Positions 56,185 through 64,000 of a stretch of 64,000 nt of DNA are shown one piece after another. A program made the translations under genes and the position numbers. Position 1 is the stretch's first letter; each line of letters opens with the position of its first letter. The DNA is taken from assembly GCA_033442325.1 (NCBI GenBank), contig JAWQFM010000029.1, forward strand, positions 276,966 through 340,965, written 5' to 3'. The DNA comes from Salpingoeca rosetta. Taxonomy: Eukaryota; Protista; Choanoflagellata. A model generated the notes under the pieces. The model was not told where the DNA came from. It saw only the letters and a program-made list of their open reading frames with translations, and ran no database searches.

Positions 56185-58360
56185 GTGTGTGTACTGGTAC
56201 GTTTTGAAGACACATTCAAGCGTTGCTGCCTTGCTTACACCTACCACCATCACACCACCATCACACCACCGTCACCAACCCCAGTCCATGCCTTGGACGG
56301 CCCGCAGCGTTGCTGGGGAGGACGCGTGCGGTGTGGATGACGAGACACTGACGCGCCTGGCGGCGGTCGATGGCATTGACTATCAGCTGATTGCAGACAT
56401 TGTGCAATACATTCTCCAGCACGGGGATGATGGCGCAATCCTCATCTTCATGCCAGGTGATAGGGAGGGAACAGGCAGAGATGGTTTTGGGGAGCATGTT
56501 GACGTGAGATGGCGATCATGGTGCCTCTGCTTCGCCTTGGGTTCCCCGGCTCTGAACCGAATCCTCCTCTCCCCACCACTCATCCTCAGTCTCCTTGATT
56601 TCACATTCGCCAACTACGCGCCTCCCTCGTGCCGTGTGCAGGTATGGGCGAAATCACGCGCGCGATCAAGACCATCAACAGCAAGTGCGGCGGACGCGTG
56701 ACAGCAATGCCGCTGCACTCGTCGCTCACAGCGCAGGAGCAGGCCCGCATCTTCAGCAAGGTAACGTGGTGGGGTGGCACCACCTCATTGCTTCACGGTG
56801 CGCCAGCCGTGTTAGAGCTGTGTTGACATGGTGACAAGGGTATGCCGAAGTGTGCATGTATGCCAACAACCACTGCACCCATGACACGCACTCACACGTG
56901 CGCACACATACACACATACATGCGCACACACACACATACATGCGCACACACAAAACCACACACGCACCAAACCATCACTGCGCGCATTATCAGGCGCCGA
57001 GCGGGATGCGGAAAGTGATTGTGTCGACGAACATTGCAGAGACGTCTATTACTGTTGATGATGTCACGCACGTGATTGACAGCGGGAAGATGAAAGAGAA
57101 CAGGGTGAGCACTACAACTGTTGAAAAGCGTACATGGACATAGGAAAGGGAGCTGTGATGTTGGGAGGGGGGAGGTCATGCGTGAGACGTTGGGATGAAC
57201 AGTGCATGCCTGTGAAAGTCAGATGAACGCACATCATGATGCGCCACTGGTGTGTATCGTCTGCTGATTGTTCCTGCTTCAGTCTCCACCTCACCACCCC
57301 CCCCCCGCAAACTCACATCTCCACCACCACATACATCTGCCACCTCTGCCAAATCACCAGTACGATGCTGGTGCGGGCATGGAGCTGCTCGTTGAGACGT
57401 GGGTCTCGCGCGCATCTGCACAGCAGCGCCGCGGTCGTGCCGGCCGCGTCAAGCCAGGGACCTGCTACAGGTGGGCTGGCTGTTGTGAGTGATGTTGTGT
57501 GAGGGAAGGGGGTGTGGATGACCGGGAAAGAAGGAGCCTGGAAGGACAGTGGGAGAAGTTGCGTGGGGCGGGGCGGGGCGGGCTGTATAGTGCTGGTGGG
57601 TGTGAAAGGGTCGACGAGTGATGAGGAAGCCATGAATTGTGACATCCATGATCCGTGTGAACCCAATGCTGTGCACGAGTTGACACCTTTGATTCATGCG
57701 CGCTCCCCTCGGTCATGGCTTGTTCAGGTGCTTCTCTCGCCGCCGCTTTGCGAAAATGGCGGATCAGCAGGTGCGTGCGATGATCACAGCAATCACTTTC
57801 AGCCCTGCACATGCACACCATCTGCGTTGTGGTAGCATCTTAGCTGCCATCCAGTTACTTGACACACATACCTCATGCACACGCAAACCTCATGCACATG
57901 ACACGCGCGTCTGCTGCTCATCTTCGTTTCTCCTCACGTGCGTTCCAGGCGCCTGAAGTGCTGCGCGTACCGCTGGAGCATCTTTGCCTTCACATCAAGA
58001 GCATCGGATACGCAGACGTGACAAAGGTGCGACAAGAGACACAAGAATGCGCCAATTGTGGACATGCACCGTTACGTTCACAAGCGCACGCACACACACG
58101 CACACCCTCTCACTCACGCACACCCCCTCACTCACGCACTCACGACCACCACCACCACCACCACCACCACATCTTCGCGCGTGCAGTTCCTGAGCGGATT
58201 TCTTGATTCACCTGATGCGTCCACAGTTGACCAGGCACTCTCCCTCCTCCACGACATTGGCGCTCTCGACGCGCACGGCCACATCACAGGTGCAGATCCA
58301 GATGCAGATGACATGGCGTGGATTGTGGGATGTGTTAGCATTTTATTTATTTATTTATTT

Positions 58361-58425
<65 letters not shown>

Positions 58426-58714
58426 ATGGATGTGATTACATGTGTATTTATCTACGCAGAACCACTTCGCGTCTCCACCGCATCTCACGTCATCCGTTCC
58501 TTTCACCCCTTCACACATTGTCCATCTCCCCCCCCCCGGCCCCCTTTCCCAATTCGCCTCCTACCGCCACTCGCCAGCTCTGGGTCACCACTTGGCGCAG
58601 TTTCCGCTTGGGACGCGACTGGCGAAGCTGATTCTCTTTGGCGCCATCCTCAAATGCGTCGACCCCGTCGTCACCATCGCCGCATGCATCGTGCGTGTGT
58701 GTATGTGTGTGTGT

Positions 58715-58756
<42 letters not shown>

Positions 58757-59910
58757 GTGTGTGGTGCACGAGCTGCCTATTACATTACTCCACCCCTCAT
58801 CCTCCCTCCTTCCAATCAACTGTCCGACTGTAGGGGTACAAACCCATCTTCGTATCGCCAATGGACCGGCGAGATGAAGCAAACGCCGCCAAGGAGCGAT
58901 TCAAGACATGCGCCTCAGACCACATCACCATCGTCAAGTCAGTCGCACGCGTGTGGCGCCGCCTTGCACGGCATGGCTTATGCTGCCTGTGCTTTGTGTG
59001 TGTGTGCGTGTGTGATTGGTTTGTGATTGCACTTGTGCGTGTGCGTGATTGCATTACGACGTGGGCGTCGCGTGTGTGTGTGTGTGGGCATTGTGTCAAC
59101 GCAGAGCCCCCATTCTCGCTCACACTCAACACACCACACCATGCACTCACCTCCTCCAATATCCCCCCACCCCCGGGCGTCCAGCGCCTTCAATGCGGCG
59201 GTAGAAGTGCTGCAGACGGAGGGACGTCGCGGATTTATGGCGTTTTGTTCCGACAATTTCCTCTCGCACAAGACCATCATGGAGGTCATTGATCTTCGCG
59301 TACAGGTACCGTGATGCGTTGTGTGTTTGTGTGTGTGTGTCTGTGTGTGTCTGTGTCTGTGTGTGTGTGTGTATGTCTGTATGTCTGTGTGTCTGTGTGT
59401 GTGTGTGACAACAAGTTTGTTGCAGTAGCACTGCCGTGTTCAAGCACGCCCCTGTCTGCATGGCTTGTTTTCACGCCATCCACACCTTTCCACCTCACCT
59501 CATGCTTCCCCCACTATCATCATCATCACCACCAGTACTACTCTGTGCTGCAAGAGCTTGGGTTTGCGCCGTCAGAGCGACAGCACAAGAAGGACAAGAT
59601 TGGGTGAGGCGAATGGGAGGACCGGCTTCTGTTGGCGTGATTGTTCATTCGTTTGCTCAGTCGGTTGTTGGTTGGTTCTTTTCCCTCGTGTGAACATGTG
59701 TGTTGCTTGCTCACACAAGCACATGCCCTCGCACTCACGCTCATTCCCACCTCCACCACCCCACTCTTGCTTTCCACATCCACCTGCGCAGCCCACCCGG
59801 GATGAATGTGCACAGCGGGGACGAGGATGTGGTTATGGCGGCCGTGTTTGCTGGTCTCTATCCAAACGTCGTTCGCGCTGTCCTTCCAACAGGAACATAC
59901 ACCAAGGTGC

Positions 59911-59977
<67 letters not shown>

Positions 59978-60525
59978 GTGTGTCTCTGTCTGTCTGTGCA
60001 TGCGTGTGTGTCTGTTTGTGCATGCGTGTTCTGTTTGCACATCGACCTTTCAACGTTGTCGCTGCGACACGAGTGCGTCCTTGCTCTCACCACCACCTCC
60101 TCCACTTCCTTCTCCCCCCCCCCAATCCTTTGCAGGTTGAGGGTGGGACTGTGCGAAAGGACGACGAAGCAAAAGCGATCAGACTGTTCCCGAAGGAGAC
60201 GGGACGTCTCTTCTTCCACCCGTCATCCATCCTCTTTCACCACACAAAGTCTGCGCCCAACAGCGCCGCTGCTTATGTTGTGCGCACGCGCACGTGGTCG
60301 TGCACGGAACGCGCACCCGTTGTGTGATTTGTGCGCTGTTCATTCATGCTCGGGTCACTCGCCACATTTCTCACAGCCCCTCTGTACCACCACGTTGTGC
60401 TTGTTCAGGTTTCCGCGCCAGTATCTGGTGTACACGGACAAGGTGAAGACATCCAAAGTCTTTATCCGCGACGTGTCGCTCGTCAGCACATGCGCAGGTA
60501 CGTGGACTTGCACGCGTGTTTGTTT

Positions 60526-60583
<58 letters not shown>

Positions 60584-61222
60584 TGTGCGTGTACACTATT
60601 GTCACTTGCTTTATCTCCGTTCTCACATGTCAACACACACACACGCACATGTGAGCAGCGCTCCTCTTCTCCAGCGACATTGAGATTGATCATGACAACG
60701 GTCTCTTGCTCGTCGACGACTGGTATGTGCGTGTGTGTGTGCATGTGCATGTGCGTGTGTCCCCGGGCGCGTGGCGTCTCCTTGCCCAACCTTCCCTCGC
60801 CACCCACATTCATCCATCCATCCATCCATCCGTCCTCGCACTGCCTCTGCCGCTCGCGACAGGATGAAGTTCCGCGCATCTGCACGCGTTGGCGTTCTCG
60901 CGTCAAAACTCAAGGCCGCATTCGAGGCGGTGCGCTGCTCTGGTTTTGTTTCGCTTTGCCTGTGTGTTCGTGTGCATGCGCATGTGTGTGTGCGTGTGTG
61001 TGTGTGTGTGATCATGTGCATGCGCATGTGTGTGCGTTCATTTGTGTGCTTGTCGCTGGCTACATACACTTCCCATATCAAATCGCTGGTCATCTCATCA
61101 CCCCCTCCATCCCCTTTTGTGTCGTGTCGCAGCTGCTGGCGATCAAACTCGAGGATCCACACGAAGAAATTGAGAAGAGCGAAATCTTTGATCTTTTCTG
61201 CCGTCTCATCAAGTCCGGCTGA
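49842..61222 (+). CDS. DHX57: DEAH-box RNA helicase, DHX57/YLR419W-like (N-terminal dsRBD-like, UBA, RWD, helicase core, HA2, OB); part of the core lies in an N gap
   Basis: Exons encode [29 protein letters not shown], an RWD-like segment ([10 protein letters not shown]...YPAHRPLI), [69 protein letters not shown]; stop at 61220-61222. Confidence 0.9.
54503..55089. other. Assembly gap (N run) hiding helicase motif I region exons
   Basis: N run; no GxGKT motif is visible on either side. Confidence 0.97.
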
Positions 61223-61252
61223 ACTCAAGCGCAGTGGTGGCGGTGGTGGTTG

Positions 61253-61303
<51 letters not shown>

Positions 61304-61624
61304 CCGTCCGTCCGTCCGTCTGTTTGTCTGTCTGTCTCTGTCTGTCTCTCTGCGTTGTCCATGTCTGTGGGAAAGCACGCTGCTGACAAACAACGCAACA
61401 AACAATCGAGCTGCACCCCCTCCCCCTTGCTTGCACACACATGTCACCACAGCCCTCGCTCCCTCGCTCCCTCGCCCTGTCGCTGATTCGACAGTAAACA
61501 ACTGAGGCCCGCAAAGGAAATTGTGCGTTTATGGCAACCTCACTTGCTTGCCTGCTTGTGAGTTGAAATTGATGGGACGACTGCCAAATACATCAACGGG
61601 CGACAAAGGATAAGGGGAACTCAC

Positions 61625-61790
61625 AAGCAAGATGCAAACACCCATCACATCCAACAAAAACACGTCCACAAGACACACCACATCCACAAGTCACGACACA
61701 TCCACAAGACTCAACATGTCCACAAGACACACCACATCCAAAATACACCACACCACACCCAATCACACAACAACACACCCAAACACACCG
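61625..61790. repeat. Degenerate tandem repeat (CACATCCACAAGACAC-like) downstream of the phospholipase B-like stop codon
   Basis: Repeated cacatccacaag units. Confidence 0.65.
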
Positions 61791-61811
61791 CCACGGTGAC
61801 CTCGCACCACA

Positions 61812-62582
61812 TCACTGCAGCATGTCTGCGAGGGAGATGACGTGCCAGTCAAACCCAAACCGCTGTGCGTGGCCGTAGTGCTTTCCGCGCGTCTCGTTCG
61901 CCCACATGCCCGTCCACGAGAACACGGGCTGCGTATCGTGCGTGGGCCCCGCAATCGCCGTCACACTCATGTCCAGCACCATGGCTGCGTTGACAATCTT
62001 CGCGTCGATGGCGCCATCCGCGCGGGGGGCGGTTGGGTCGAGGTCGCGGCGGGCGGCGATGGCCGAGTCGGCGGTGGGGGCGAGCGGGTCGTGCTGCTCA
62101 AAGTGATTCATCCTGAGACGACGGGGGGGGGTGTGATGGTGGGATGGAGCAGTGAGAACAGGGGCACGGGACAAGACAGGACAACAGAGTAACACAGTTC
62201 ACATCACACAGCAAGCGAGTCACCTCGTACATTATCGCCGCCGCCGCCACCACCACCACCACCACCACCACCACCACCACCACCACCACAGACACCACAT
62301 CACCGACATTACGTCACCACCACGTCACAGCACCTGATGAAGGTCTTGAGGTCGTCAACAGACTCCACAGCGCCGGCGTCGCGGCGGAAGATCTTGGCGC
62401 GCGGTGCCAGCTGGTACGTGTAGTCGTCGCCGTGCGCACGTGCAGCGGCAGGATAGTTGGACACGTTGTAGATCTGAGAGGTTGGGAGGGGGAGGGGAAG
62501 AAGGGGATGTGATGCGAGGGAAAGTTTGGGGGCAAAGGAGAGAGGTGTGGGTGACATCAAATCAAGATACATCAACCATGAC

Positions 62583-62644
<62 letters not shown>

Positions 62645-63244
62645 CAGACACACACACACACAGGCAGACAAAAGGCTGACCCATGGGTAGTAGGGGACGT
62701 TGTAGCTTGGCCAGTAGCTGCGCTGCAGATCCATTGTCTTGTCCTCAAGCACATACGCACCAGGAATCTGATGCACACCAGAGATGCGGTGATGATGATG
62801 ATGATGATGATGATGATGAGCCGAGGTGTAGGACGGCGAGGGAGGAACCCATGGCACACACACACACACACACACACGCACACACAACACGCACACGCAC
62901 ACACACACGCACACACACACATATATACACACACATGCACACGCACACGCACACGCACACACACACACACCTGTTCGGAGACCCAGAAGATGCCGTGTGG
63001 GAGGGGCTGGCCCGGGACGAAGAGCTTGTAGTCGATTGTCATCCACTGGTTGTTGTACGTCCCGCTCTGGTACTGGTAGAAGCGCTCATGCCACTCCCGG
63101 CCCGTGTTGGTCATCCGCGTTGCAACAATCACGCGCACCCTGTTGTTGGCAGTGGTGATGGCGGCGGAAGCCATGTGAGTGCATTGGAGGAGGAGGAGGT
63201 GGTGGTGGTGGTGGTGGTGGTGGTTGATTCACACGGCAGCACAA

Positions 63245-63326
<82 letters not shown>

Positions 63327-63811
63327 CCACACACACACACACATACACACATACACACAACCACACACGCACACACACACACACACACACACATTATATG
63401 CTTACCAGTATGGAAGGGTGCTTGGGTTGACCATGTCATACAGGGTGTTGTTGAAGATGCCATTGGTTGTCTCCATAATCGCCATCTGAACAGAAGGCAG
63501 GGGGGAGGAGGAGGGTGCCATGAAGTGACGGGTGAGGATGAGGATGGCGGTGAGGTGTGGTTGTGACACTCGCAGGGGAATATACACCATGCAACAGCAA
63601 CGTATAGCGGTGCACACACACACACACATACACACACATACACACACACATACATACACACACACACACACACAAAACGCGGCACAACACAACCCACCCT
63701 CTCTGATGTGATGTAGTAGTCGTCGAGGGATTCCAGAAGGGCGGGGTAGCCCGAAAACATGACTGTACTCGTTTTGGTGCCTGCCGTGGTGGAATAGGGG
63801 AGATGGTACAC
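61812..63811 (-). CDS. Phospholipase B-like protein (PLBD1/PLBD2 family, Ntn-hydrolase), 5'-partial, continues beyond the window
   Basis: Exons encode [82 protein letters not shown]...PVFSW. Confidence 0.95.
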
Positions 63812-64000
63812 CTGGTGGGCGCAAGATTGCAAGGGTGGTGTGAGGGCAGTGACAGAGTGACAGAGTGAGAAGGGGAAAGATACTGACACACACACGCACG
63901 CATGCACACACACACACATGCATACAACACACACACACATGCATATAACACACACACATGCATACAACACACACACACATGCATACAACACACACACACA

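Overview
Eukaryotic, GC-rich, intron-dense DNA saturated with (CA)/(GT) and trinucleotide microsatellites, with three N-gaps. The style strongly suggests a choanoflagellate such as Salpingoeca rosetta (inference). Almost all long ORFs in the supplied track are microsatellite or antisense artefacts, so genes were rebuilt by hand from GT-AG exons. Eleven genes were found: (1) a partial LamG-EGF-fibrinogen-like extracellular protein (+); (2) an intronless secreted 7-bladed propeller (+); (3) an LRR-TM-TKL receptor kinase (-); (4) a hypothetical protein with a 16-nt microexon (+); (5) an intronless secreted SBBP-type propeller (+); (6) a Smaug/Vts1-type SAM protein with an extra La/Tpt1-like winged-helix segment (-); (7) a muniscin (FCHo/Syp1-like; F-BAR-like plus muHD) (+); (8) a large 4-TM protein with huge disordered tails (+); (9) MAD2 (-); (10) a DHX57-like DEAH helicase (+); (11) a partial phospholipase B-like gene (-). 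The most notable observations are these. The two unrelated propeller genes share a cubilin-N-like module after the signal peptide, which suggests a modular secreted 'stalk + swappable head' family. There is a strong strand-polarised microsatellite pattern around exons, with GT after donors and CA before acceptors. Three short, compositionally alien inserts sit inside intronic microsatellites.
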